Source: Phycisphaerae bacterium (GTDB taxonomy: Bacteria > Planctomycetota > Phycisphaerae > Phycisphaerales > SM1A02). From it: a DNA stretch of 38,200 nucleotides. Where the stretch lies: contig VGXK01000001.1 of the NCBI GenBank assembly GCA_016873355.1, positions 1 through 38,200 of the forward strand, written 5' to 3'. The position numbers and the translations under genes were made by a program. Below the pieces are notes generated by a model that was not told the DNA's origin, made no database searches, and saw nothing but the letters and a program-made list of their open reading frames with translations. Each line of letters opens with the position of its first letter. The first letter of the stretch is position 1. Shown in pieces: positions 9,201 through 16,868 of the stretch.

Positions 9201-11390
9201 CAGCAGGAAGCGATTCACGCTGTTGCCGATGCCGAAGCTGAAGACGCGCGTGGTGCCCGCGTATCGACGCACCGCATCCACGATCGCCATGTCGTTGCCC
9301 ACATAGCCGTCGGTGAGGAAGCAGACGATGCGCGTGGGCGGCGCTCCCGGAGGCGGCGGCGAGGTCGCCGGCGCACCGGCCGTCGGCTCGTTCACGGGCA
9401 CCCAGCCCGGATCGTCGCGGCGTCGACTCTTCCAATTCGGCGCGTCGCCGGGCTTCAGCGCCGCGTCGATCGCCTTCATCATCTCCGTGCCGCCCGCGCC
9501 CTGCCGCGACTCCACGAACGCTCGCGCGAGCTTGAGGTTCTCCTCCGTCGCCGGCCGCGGCGCTGGCCACAGCACATGATGATCGCCGGCGAAGGTGATG
9601 AGGTTGAACGTGTCGCCCGTACGCATCGCGCCGAGCATTCGCGTCATCACTTCCTTGCTCTTCTCGATGGGGAAGCCGTTCATCGAGCCCGAGGTGTCGA
9701 GCACGAAGACGAGTTCCCGCGCTCGAATCGTCTCGGGCGCCACCCGCGCCGGAGGAATCATGTAGAGAAGGAAATAGCCGTCCTTGCCCGGCGAGCGCTG
9801 GGTGAGCACGCCTTCGGCCATCTCGCCGCCGGCGAGCTTCCAGGAGAGCACGAAGTCGCGGTTCGGAATCGTCTTGCCCTTCTCGAGCGTCACGACCGCG
9901 CGGCTCTGCGCCGGCTCGGAGACATCGATCTTGTGCAGCTCGCTGCGCAGGTTCGTGACGGCGGGTCCGCCCGTATCGATCGAGATGCGCAGGCTGAGAT
10001 CATGCCCCGCGCGCTCCGGCGGTCGCACCGGCATGGGCGTGATGAGCGCCGCGTCAGGCACCTGGTCCGTGCCCCGTGCGAATCCGGTGCCCGCGTTCTT
10101 CTCTCGCTTGGTTTCCGGGGGCGCGGGCGGACACCAGAACCAGCGGCCGGCGATCTCGCCGGTGCCGTCCGCGAGCAGCGTGCCGGGCTCCTCGCTCCCA
10201 TCGGGATACTTGACGATGAAGTCCGCGCGCACCTGCTCGAACGGGGGCGCGGCGCCCGCCGCCGCCACGCGAACCGGCCGCTCGATCGCCACCGCTCGCT
10301 GCAGCGCTTCGAGCAGTTCCATCGCCGTGATCGGGCCGACCTTGGCGGCGTTCTTCAACTGCTGCTGCTGCGTCATCTGCGCCGCCATCTGTTCCGGCGC
10401 AAGGAGGCGCACTCGATCGGGATCGAGACGAATCTGCGCCGGCGCCAGCAGGATCACGCCTTGTCGCAGCACCAGGCCCGCGGGCAGTCCGCCCATGCTC
10501 GGCGGCTGCGGCGGTCCGCCCGGAATGTAGCGCGGCCCCACCACCATCGGGAAGTCGAAGGTGAAGACGCCGTCGCGCATGGGAAGCGTTTCGACGTAGG
10601 AGATCTCGACGAGCACCTCCGCGCCCGGCTCGATGTTCGCCACGCTCTGCGTGAAGATGTTCGGGCGCTCCTGCTCGAGCAGGCTGGCGACGAATCCGTC
10701 GCGCCGCGCCGATTCGTAGATCTGGCGCGCGAGCGTTCGCTCCTTCACTTCGCCTTCGACGATGCGCTCCTCGCCGTGCGAGCGCACGATCATGCGCATG
10801 CGGTCGACCGCGGCGCGGTGGCTGAGCGGGAAGGTGTAGACCGCTTCGATGAGTCGCCCGTAGGTGTTCGCGTACTTCTGCGTCACCGTCACGCGCGACA
10901 CGAAGCCGGAGATCTGCGCGTCGACTGCGGTGTGCTGAAGCGGGCACGGACCGATGAGATTGCCGTCGCGATCGACGGCGTCCAGGCGCCCGCCCTCCGG
11001 CACCTGCACCAGGCCGATGTCGGCGCTCGCAGTGCGGGACGGCACGAGCATGAGGATGGCGCCCGCCACGAGCGCCACCGCCACCACCGCGGCCGCCCGC
11101 AGCGCCGGTGCCGTGCCGATGCGATGCAGCCGATCGCGCCAGGCGACGGGATGGCGCGCGAATGCGGCGCCCCCGGGGGCGCCGCCCGCGTTCGTCCGTT
11201 CCCCCGCCACCCGTGCGAGCAATTCGTCGCGATGCGCGGCCGCGGCCACCGCGCTCTCGTCGTGCCAGGCTCGAAGCAGCGAGTCGAGTTCGTCGCGCGG
11301 GGGCGCCGATGCCTCGATGCCGCCGTCGGTCCGGTTCGGAGTCTCGTTCGCTTCGCGACCTTCGTTCTGACCGTGTCGATCGTTCGTCAT
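6276..11390 (-). CDS. Giant (1704 aa) single-pass membrane protein: cytoplasmic anti-sigma-like N-terminus, TM helix, VIT domain, vWA domain, Pro/Gly low-complexity linker, three tandem W-x3-GG repeats
   Basis: ATG 11390-11388 overlaps the sigma stop (ATGA). TM span is APALRAAAVVAVALVAGAILMLV. VIT-like region runs ISGFVSRVTVTQKYANTYGRLIEAVYTFPL ... FDFPMVVGPRYIPG. PPERAGHDLSLRISIDTGGP follows, then a vWA MIDAS start ELVFVLDTSGSM. The ORF-track extension to 11756 runs antisense-free through the sigma gene and is rejected. Confidence 0.85.
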   Translation of the reverse strand: MTNDRHGQNEGREANETPNRTDGGIEASAPPRDELDSLLRAWHDESAVAAAAHRDELLARVAGERTNAGGAPGGAAFARHPVAWRDRLHRIGTAPALRAAAVVAVALVAGAILMLVPSRTASADIGLVQVPEGGRLDAVDRDGNLIGPCPLQHTAVDAQISGFVSRVTVTQKYANTYGRLIEAVYTFPLSHRAAVDRMRMIVRSHGEERIVEGEVKERTLARQIYESARRDGFVASLLEQERPNIFTQSVANIEPGAEVLVEISYVETLPMRDGVFTFDFPMVVGPRYIPGGPPQPPSMGGLPAGLVLRQGVILLAPAQIRLDPDRVRLLAPEQMAAQMTQQQQLKNAAKVGPITAMELLEALQRAVAIERPVRVAAAGAAPPFEQVRADFIVKYPDGSEEPGTLLADGTGEIAGRWFWCPPAPPETKREKNAGTGFARGTDQVPDAALITPMPVRPPERAGHDLSLRISIDTGGPAVTNLRSELHKIDVSEPAQSRAVVTLEKGKTIPNRDFVLSWKLAGGEMAEGVLTQRSPGKDGYFLLYMIPPARVAPETIRARELVFVLDTSGSMNGFPIEKSKEVMTRMLGAMRTGDTFNLITFAGDHHVLWPAPRPATEENLKLARAFVESRQGAGGTEMMKAIDAALKPGDAPNWKSRRRDDPGWVPVNEPTAGAPATSPPPPGAPPTRIVCFLTDGYVGNDMAIVDAVRRYAGTTRVFSFGIGNSVNRFLLSEMARAGRGAAEFVLLPSDAEEVVARFSDRVRTPVLTDISVSFDGVETAHVTPPADAIPDLYDREPLVIAGRYPASGRGSIRVRGMTGQGPWERTIPVDFTDGDGNSSVVAPIWARLQVDDILRPHLNELQNENVPAPIRDMVVRLAEQHRIMSPFTSFVAVEKSRVTVGGRSVLVAVPIELPQGVSWEGNFGSAGEVLKVLRAPPQMMADDEGNEVHLYMAGGLATPLDFDKAPDFKLGMLADTYGFQAPAAATGVFTSNDPAAAGVHTINHPAATEVDRLRLSGLKEGTSSNALATGAAPPASGNEAPAAPNSAAVAAPPPPPPPPPASQPIASPRPPAIVAPAETAGRRLEDKSARDFGRLSKSLADSSRLTQGGATRPSAPSGEKAELRMKFAGKAGQAKPGEVGGEELRRWGGTGAPRPPSRGVSMGTPVVGGGGGGFGGGGGVPIGEPSARAERAGYRFGVAHAGEHKPREREPTSPERTDRSDGAGVAPTDAMTPPAAVSDASLKEVDAQTRGEVEKWLKNDGVGELLDGKAAAAGDAHDLAPNSRVDESPAPSRALRVLDAKAILGIESTPADADPESSKEIDDQYASELQVGIMSAIDPQSWIENGGGAGASRILPAGRIAIVHQPAVLAKVDRFVAALAKIGRSPIGAVTRSEVPMDPRTVSLIDIRSFKAEDGAEFDARCDLLEAATEAIEPETWQQTGGERSTRLIGGVVVTDADSRVAETMRSMFDSLRGMIAAPPPAAPVSIGVGDETIVIWDLRPLVRPSGAESADMELVRRRVEELVERLTTMVDSGEWRSNGGTALLRVLGDEFMIVCAKPDLLAKASQFMKMRAHRAIVDAERGAAADRYSQASLTKLSSRLEASLLIAGLEALAAKEELAQASSSPPDADTPVSAASGSEEPMPVVARFTAVDSALEKSLRSIDATIESHGSVSGVAIVRLPRVRLVDLGLLDATIRVDPMPAQP
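6669..7508 (-). repeat. Three tandem divergent protein repeats (about 76-87 aa each) inside the giant gene
   Basis: Units lie at 7248-7508, 6969-7196 and 6669-6920. Each has h-x-h-x-D-h-[RK] near its start, then [DE]-x-x-x-W-x3-GG (SWIENGGG, TWQQTGGE, EWRSNGGT), then a hydrophobic strand and a helix. Confidence 0.7.
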
Positions 11391-11968
11391 GACTGCACCG
11401 CCTCTCGCAACTGCGCCGCGAGCGCTTCCCGCGCCCGCGCCAGCAGCTTGTAGAACGCGCTTCGACCAAGGCCCAGCGCCGACTGCGCCGCGGCCACGGG
11501 ATCCGAATCCAGGTAATAGAGGTGGATGGCCAGCCGCTCGTCGTCGTCGAGACGATCGAGCGCGTGCGTGAGCCGATCCAATCGTTCGCGCTGCACGGTG
11601 GCCTGCGCCGATGCGGGCGCCACCGTCGTCGTGGCTTCGTCGATCATGCGTTGCATGGCCGCTCCTTCGTGGTGGCGGCGACGACGCTCGGAGCGACGAC
11701 GCTCCGAGCAGACCAGCCGTGCGATCCGATAGACCCAGGAACGGAAGCCGCGGCAATCGTGGACTTCGTCGAGCTTGCGGAAGGCACGGATGAATGTCTC
11801 CTGAAGCGCGTCCTCGGCTTCGGCATCCGCCGCGGATCCGCCGGCGTTTCGCCGACAGAGCGACAGCACCACCGCGGCGTGCCGGTCGTAGATCCGGCGG
11901 AATGCCGCTTCGTGGCCCTGCCGGGCCTCCGCGAGGTCCGCGCAGTCGTCGTTCACCGTGTCGTTCAT
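11387..11968 (-). CDS. ECF-type RNA polymerase sigma-70 family factor (193 aa)
   Basis: Region 2 reads FRRIYDRHAAVVLSLC ... DAEDALQETFIRAFRKLDEVHDCRGFRSWVYRIA. Region 4 reads LDRLDDDERLAIHLYYLDSDPVAAAQSALGLGRSAFYKLLARAREAL. Start is taken at MNDTVNDD (11968). The longer ORF to 12526 is antisense to lipA. Confidence 0.88.
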   Translation of the reverse strand: MNDTVNDDCADLAEARQGHEAAFRRIYDRHAAVVLSLCRRNAGGSAADAEAEDALQETFIRAFRKLDEVHDCRGFRSWVYRIARLVCSERRRSERRRRHHEGAAMQRMIDEATTTVAPASAQATVQRERLDRLTHALDRLDDDERLAIHLYYLDSDPVAAAQSALGLGRSAFYKLLARAREALAAQLREAVQS

Positions 11969-12019
11969 GGCCGCTCGAATCGGATTGTCTCCACCAACGG
12001 CTACGATCGTTCCCTCACC

Positions 12020-13027
12020 ATGGCTGCTGAGGAAACCGCCTCCCTGCCCCGTCACCCCCGCCCGCTCGGCGGCGACACGGCGCGGAACCTGCCGACGGCG
12101 GCATGGAGCCTCACCGCGCAGGTGCTCAACAACGGCCCGGTGCCCCAGATGTTGCGCGACGGTCGCAAGCCGGAATGGCTGCGGGCTCGAATGCCGGGCG
12201 GCGCCGGCTACGAGCGACTCAAGCAGATCGTCGACACGCATCGACTGCACACGGTCTGCCAGGAGGCGAGCTGCCCCAACATGGGCGAATGCTGGAGTCG
12301 CGGCTCCGCCACGATCATGATCCTGGGCGACACCTGCACGCGAAGCTGCGGCTTCTGCAACGTGAAGACCGGTCGTCCCGCGGAAATCGATTTCGACGAG
12401 CCGCGTCGAGTGGCCGAGAGTCTGCGACTCATGGGCCTGAAGCACGTGGTCATCACCTGCGTCAATCGAGACGAACTGCCCGACGGCGGCGCCGCGATCT
12501 GGGCGGAGACGATCGAGCGCACGCACGACGCGTGCCCCGACATGAGCATCGAGGCGCTCGTGGGCGACTTCTGCGGCGATGAATCGGCGCTCCAGGTGGT
12601 CATCGATTCACGCCCGGAGATCCTGAGCCACAATCTCGAGACCGTTCGCCGCATGCACGCGGCGGTGCGCCCGCAGGCGCGGTACGAACGATCGCTCGCG
12701 GTGTTGGCGCAGATCAAGGCGAACGGACTCGTGACGAAGACCGGCATCATGGTCGGCATCGGCGAGCGGGACGACGAAGTGCTGGAACTCATCGACGACG
12801 TGCAGCGCGAGAGCCGCGCCGACATTCTCACCGTCGGTCAGTACCTGCGGCCGACGCGCAATCACCTTCCGGTCGATCGCTGGGTGACCCCCGGAATGTT
12901 CGACGAGTATCGGCGCGAAGCGCTCGCGCGCGGCTTCCGCGTGTGCCAGAGCGGACCGCTCGTGCGCTCGAGCTACCACGCCGACGAGGTCGGCGCCGAG
13001 GTGCTCGCCGAGCGACGACGCGGCTGA
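12020..13027 (+). CDS. lipA: Lipoyl synthase
   Basis: PEWLRARMP, the auxiliary cluster motif CQEASCPNMGECW and the radical-SAM motif CTRSCGFCNV are present. The start is uncertain (ATG 12020 or ATG 12149). Confidence 0.92.
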   Translation: MAAEETASLPRHPRPLGGDTARNLPTAAWSLTAQVLNNGPVPQMLRDGRKPEWLRARMPGGAGYERLKQIVDTHRLHTVCQEASCPNMGECWSRGSATIMILGDTCTRSCGFCNVKTGRPAEIDFDEPRRVAESLRLMGLKHVVITCVNRDELPDGGAAIWAETIERTHDACPDMSIEALVGDFCGDESALQVVIDSRPEILSHNLETVRRMHAAVRPQARYERSLAVLAQIKANGLVTKTGIMVGIGERDDEVLELIDDVQRESRADILTVGQYLRPTRNHLPVDRWVTPGMFDEYRREALARGFRVCQSGPLVRSSYHADEVGAEVLAERRRG

Positions 13028-13028
13028 G

Positions 13029-13460
13029 TCAGATGAACCGAAGCCCGGCTTCGTGGTGATCGATGCGACCCTCGTCGCGACGGATCGCCCTGCTCCAGAC
13101 CACGATGAACGAACGACGGATCGGCACTCGCTGCACGCCGTGATTCGTCGCCGCGCCGCCGACGCACGCGTGCCCTTCGCCGACCCCGCCGTTGCCGCCG
13201 TCGGCGAAGTCGGCAACCAGCTCGATCGCCGTTCCGGTCATGCCGTCTGGATGGCAGCAGGTGGTGCGGATCCGCGCCCCCGTCTCGCTCACGTCGACGG
13301 TCTGGTAGCGCATGGGTTCGCCCGGCCGATGGTGCCAGACGAGCACCAGCCAGCCCTGGAACTCGAGGCGATCGCCCCTGCGTCGCTCTGCTCCGCCGAT
13401 GGCCGCCGAGGTCGACTCGAACCCCGACGGTTCGGCCCGATGATCGGGAGCCGATTCCAT
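13029..13460 (-). CDS. Stand-alone PilZ-domain protein (143 aa), predicted c-di-GMP receptor
   Basis: Canonical RxxxR (ERRRGDR) is followed about 25 aa later by DxSxxG (DVSETG). It ends with GLRFI. The stop lies 1 nt from the lipA stop (convergent). Confidence 0.75.
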   Translation of the reverse strand: MESAPDHRAEPSGFESTSAAIGGAERRRGDRLEFQGWLVLVWHHRPGEPMRYQTVDVSETGARIRTTCCHPDGMTGTAIELVADFADGGNGGVGEGHACVGGAATNHGVQRVPIRRSFIVVWSRAIRRDEGRIDHHEAGLRFI

Positions 13461-13592
13461 GACGCAAGGCTCGAGTTCGTGCGAACCGGAGCAAGGCCGC
13501 ACGGCCGGACGGCGTCGCGTCGCGGTCGCCTTCGACCGGTGATTCGGCCCAGTCCGCTTCAGTCGCCCCGCGCGCCCACCGATAAGCCCACC

Positions 13593-14090
13593 ATGGCCAA
13601 GGCCACTCGCTTCGATCTCTCGCAACTGGAAGGCTGCACGGGCACGGTCTCCGATACGCCCGTGGCCATGCCTCGCGCGCTTCGCCCCGCACGACCGACC
13701 GACGCGCAAGATCGAGCGAAGCGTGTCGGGGCCGATGCGGCAACGCCCCCTGCGCCGACCGCGCCTTCGACGAGTTCGACCGCGCCGAGCGCATTGCCGG
13801 CGCAGACGGAACCGTCGGAATCGGCGGCGGCGCCCGAAGCGCCCGACGCCGCGCCGGCCCAGAGACTCGCGTCGACGAACGACGACGCCGCGGCCGCCCC
13901 CGCCGCACCTGCACCCGTTCCCGCGCCTCGCCGCAGCGTCTTCGACCTCGAGAACGATCGTCGAGCCAGGGAGCTTGATCGCGCCGACGATTCCGAGTCG
14001 CTCGATCGAGTTCGACTCGGCGTGATTCTCGCGCTCACGCTCTCGGCCTGGATTCCGGTGCTGCTCATCTGGTGGGCGCGGCTCGGATGA
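13593..14090 (+). CDS. Hypothetical tail-anchored protein (165 aa), Pro/Ala-rich and probably disordered, with a C-terminal TM helix
   Basis: Begins MAKATRFDLSQLEG and ends with the C-terminal span VRLGVILALTLSAWIPVLLIWWARLG. It lies 25 nt upstream of the M16 peptidase gene. The upstream part of ORF 13053..14090 is antisense to the PilZ gene. Confidence 0.5.
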   Translation: MAKATRFDLSQLEGCTGTVSDTPVAMPRALRPARPTDAQDRAKRVGADAATPPAPTAPSTSSTAPSALPAQTEPSESAAAPEAPDAAPAQRLASTNDDAAAAPAAPAPVPAPRRSVFDLENDRRARELDRADDSESLDRVRLGVILALTLSAWIPVLLIWWARLG

Positions 14091-14115
14091 TCTTCCGAGC
14101 CCTACACTCGCGGCC

Positions 14116-15348
14116 ATGTCCGTCGAGTTCCGACACGCCGCGCTCCCGAACGGTCTGACGGTCATCGCCGAGGTGGACGGCGACGCGCACACGGCCGCCG
14201 CCGGTTTCTTCGTGCGCACCGGCGCCCGCGACGAGTCGCGCGAGCTCATGGGGGTGTCGCACTTCCTCGAGCACATGATGTTCAAGGGCAGCGAGCGGCT
14301 CGGCGCCGAAGCGGTGAACGAGGCGTTCGACTCGATCGGCGCCGACCACAACGCGTTCACGTCGTCCGAACTCACCGCGTTCCATGCGCACGTGCTGCCC
14401 GATCGCTTCGACGAAGCCGTCGACACGCTCGCCGAGATCATGCGGCCGGCGCTTCGCACCGCCGACTTCGACGAGGAGAAGGGCGTCATCCTCGAAGAGA
14501 TCGCCATGTACGAGGACAACCCCTTCTGGCGTCTCTACGAGGCGGCGATGGATCGGTACTACGGCGATCATCCGCTCGGCCATCGCGTGCTCGGCACGCG
14601 CGACACGATCACCGCGCTCTCGCGCGATTCGATGCGGGAGTACTTCGAGCATCGATACTCCGCCGACAACACGGTCGTGGCGGCGGCGGGGCGCGTCGAC
14701 TTCGACGCGCTCGTGGCGCGGATCGGCGAGCGCTGCGGATCGTGGAAGCGGACCGGTGCGGTGCGCACGCATCGGCCGTTCGAACCCAGGGCGCTCTTGC
14801 TCCGAGACCGACATCCGAGCGCGCACCGCTCCTATCTGATGTTCGCGGCTCCGGCGCCGCCCTTCGAGGATCCGCGCCGCTACGCGGCCGCGGTGGCCAT
14901 GCAGATCCTGGGCGACGGCGAAGGCTCCCGCTTCCACTGGGCGCTCGTCGACACCGGCATCGCCGAAGAAGCCGACGCCAGCTACGACCCGCGCGACGGA
15001 CTCGGCCTCTTCATGATGAATGCCGCATGCCCCACCGACGCCGCGGACGAGGTGGAGCGCATCGTGCGCGAGCAGATCACGGCGCTTCGCGACTCGCTCG
15101 ATGAAGGCGACCTGCTCCGCGCCAAGCGCAAGATCGCCACTGCGATCGCGCTGGCGGGCGAGCGTCCTGCCGGGCGCATGCAGCGAATCGGCGTGCTCTG
15201 GACGATGCGCGGAATGCACCGAACGCTCGAGCAGGAAACCGAGGAGATCGAGCGGCTCGCGCTCGACGATCTGCGATCCTGCCTCGACGCCTTTCCGCCC
15301 GCGCCGTTGCTGGCGGCGCGGCTGGAACCGGAACAGACCAGCCGCTGA
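14116..15348 (+). CDS. M16 family (pitrilysin/insulinase-like) zinc peptidase
   Basis: The inverted zinc motif HFLEHMMFKG (HxxEH) sits near the N-terminus. Length and overall pattern fit the M16 family. Confidence 0.88.
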   Translation: MSVEFRHAALPNGLTVIAEVDGDAHTAAAGFFVRTGARDESRELMGVSHFLEHMMFKGSERLGAEAVNEAFDSIGADHNAFTSSELTAFHAHVLPDRFDEAVDTLAEIMRPALRTADFDEEKGVILEEIAMYEDNPFWRLYEAAMDRYYGDHPLGHRVLGTRDTITALSRDSMREYFEHRYSADNTVVAAAGRVDFDALVARIGERCGSWKRTGAVRTHRPFEPRALLLRDRHPSAHRSYLMFAAPAPPFEDPRRYAAAVAMQILGDGEGSRFHWALVDTGIAEEADASYDPRDGLGLFMMNAACPTDAADEVERIVREQITALRDSLDEGDLLRAKRKIATAIALAGERPAGRMQRIGVLWTMRGMHRTLEQETEEIERLALDDLRSCLDAFPPAPLLAARLEPEQTSR

Positions 15349-15399
15349 TCGCTCGCGGCGCGCCGGCGTTCGTACAGGCACCGCTCGGCATCGCCGGCT

Positions 15400-16848
15400 T
15401 CAGCGAATCTGCTCCGCCGCCGTCATCGGATCGTGCGCCGGCTTGAAGATCCCCACGCGATTGCGTCCGCCTCGCTGCGCGGCGGAGAGCGCCAGCATCG
15501 CGGCTCGCACGAGCGCGTCGGGGGAGTCGAACCGGGCGGCGCCGTGCACGGCCACGCCCGCGCTGATCGTGTTCGGCTCGCGGCTCCGCGTTGCCGGGAC
15601 CGTTCGCTCGCAATCGCGCCGAACTCGTTCCGCGAGCTTCATGGCCTCCCGTGCGCCGGCGGCGCCGGCTTCGACCGGAAGCACCACCGCCAGCAGCCCC
15701 TGCGAGATTCGATGCACCGACGCCGCGCTGCCTGCCGTCTCGGCGAGCCGTGCTTCGAGGCGCGCCACGGTCATCGCGTCCGGCGCCTGCCGGCGCAGCG
15801 TCGTGATCGCATCGGGCTCGATCAGGAGCAGCGCCGTGCCCCGGGCGTCCGTGGCGAGCAGATCGGCGAGCCGTCGCTCGAATCCGATCCTGTCTCCCTG
15901 CGCTTCCGCCTGCTCGGCGGCGCGGCGAGCCTCGGGATCCTGGAGCGCGCGAGCCCGATCGAGCAGCCGGTCGCCGTCGGCGCCGTCGCCGATGTCGATC
16001 TCGAGCATCGCCGCGAGTTCCGTGGCTCGCTTCCCGATCTGTTCGAGCAGCTGCCTCGCATCGCCGCCCCGCATCGCAAGCTCGCCCTCGCCGTGCCGCA
16101 GGAACGACGCCTCCGCGAACGCGCGGGCGCGGGCGTCGGTGCCGCCCGTGCCTCGCTCAGCGATTCCGGCGAGCGCCACGACGACCTCGAGCGACGGCAT
16201 GTGACGCGCCGGCTCGCGCTCGTGCGTCGCGATCGCGTTCGCGAGCTCCGGCGGAAGTCCCCAGCGCTTCGCCATCATCGCGCCGACTTCGGCGTGATCG
16301 ATTTCGAAGAAGCGCTGCTCGTCGCGGATCAGGCGCGAGTGGTCGCCCCTCGCTTCGTCCTTGACCTGAAGGTATCGGTCGCCGAAGGCGCGATACATGG
16401 AGACCATGCCGATCTCGGCGAGCAGTCCTGTGAGCTGCGCTTCGTCGGGGTCGACGCCCTTGCCGAAGCGAGCCAGCAGCCGCGCGGAGACGGCGTTGCG
16501 CACCGATCGACGCCAGTAGCTCCGCCATGGGAAGTCGATCTCTCGATCGTCGCCGCCGTCGAGCGTCCGCGCCAGCGAAAAGCCGAGCACGATCGATCGC
16601 ACGGCGCGAAGTCCGAGCAGCGTCGCGGCCTGCGAGATGTTCGCGCAGGGACGCGGCAGCGCGTAGTAGCTGCTGTTCACCGTGCGCAGAAGCCGCACGA
16701 CGAGCGCTTGATCGAGTTCGATCACTTCCGCGATCTCCGGGATCGTGGCGTGGCCGGACTCCGTGATGGAAAGAATCCGCCGCGCAACCGCCGGCATGGA
16801 CGGCAGCCGCGCTTCGGACAGAACCTCCTCGAGACGAACGTCGAGCAT
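15400..16848 (-). CDS. HDOD domain protein with a C-terminal degenerate GGDEF domain
   Basis: GGAGG lies 4 nt before ATG 16848. HDOD region reads LPSMPAVARRILSITESGHATIPEIAEVIELDQALVVRLLRTVNSSYYALPRP. The C-terminal GGDEF-like fold has SQGLL in place of GGDEF and ends AAMLALSAAQRGGRNRV. Confidence 0.8.
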   Translation of the reverse strand: MLDVRLEEVLSEARLPSMPAVARRILSITESGHATIPEIAEVIELDQALVVRLLRTVNSSYYALPRPCANISQAATLLGLRAVRSIVLGFSLARTLDGGDDREIDFPWRSYWRRSVRNAVSARLLARFGKGVDPDEAQLTGLLAEIGMVSMYRAFGDRYLQVKDEARGDHSRLIRDEQRFFEIDHAEVGAMMAKRWGLPPELANAIATHEREPARHMPSLEVVVALAGIAERGTGGTDARARAFAEASFLRHGEGELAMRGGDARQLLEQIGKRATELAAMLEIDIGDGADGDRLLDRARALQDPEARRAAEQAEAQGDRIGFERRLADLLATDARGTALLLIEPDAITTLRRQAPDAMTVARLEARLAETAGSAASVHRISQGLLAVVLPVEAGAAGAREAMKLAERVRRDCERTVPATRSREPNTISAGVAVHGAARFDSPDALVRAAMLALSAAQRGGRNRVGIFKPAHDPMTAAEQIR

Positions 16849-16868
16849 CAATCCTCCCCTTCCCCCGA

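Noticed and set aside
6282-11453. Very long ORFs antisense to called genes: 6282..11453 (+), 1294..3372 (-), 20186..22015 (-), 25092..27512 (-), 27113..29635 (-), 29717..34087 (-), 22394..24370 (+) and many shorter ones.
   Set aside because: These are typical open 'shadow' frames of GC-rich coding DNA. Their translations are Arg/Ala/Gly/Pro-dominated with no recognisable motifs, and each overlaps a gene with clear family signatures on the other strand or frame.
12009-12013. GGAAC on the minus strand upstream of the ECF sigma gene, as a possible autoregulated ECF -35 element.
   Set aside because: No CGTC-type -10 lies at 16-17 nt spacing, and the site would leave almost no leader. It is a single pentamer and not significant.
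11391-12526. N-terminal extensions offered by the ORF track: giant gene to 11756, sigma gene to 12526, mutM to 23221, dnaA from 20360, lipA from 11522, and the dehydrogenase from 1312.
   Set aside because: The extensions run through neighbouring genes or are Arg/Ala-rich with no homology-like pattern. Internal starts coincide with domain N-termini, RBS-like sequences or start/stop overlaps. For mutM the catalytic Pro must follow the initiator Met.
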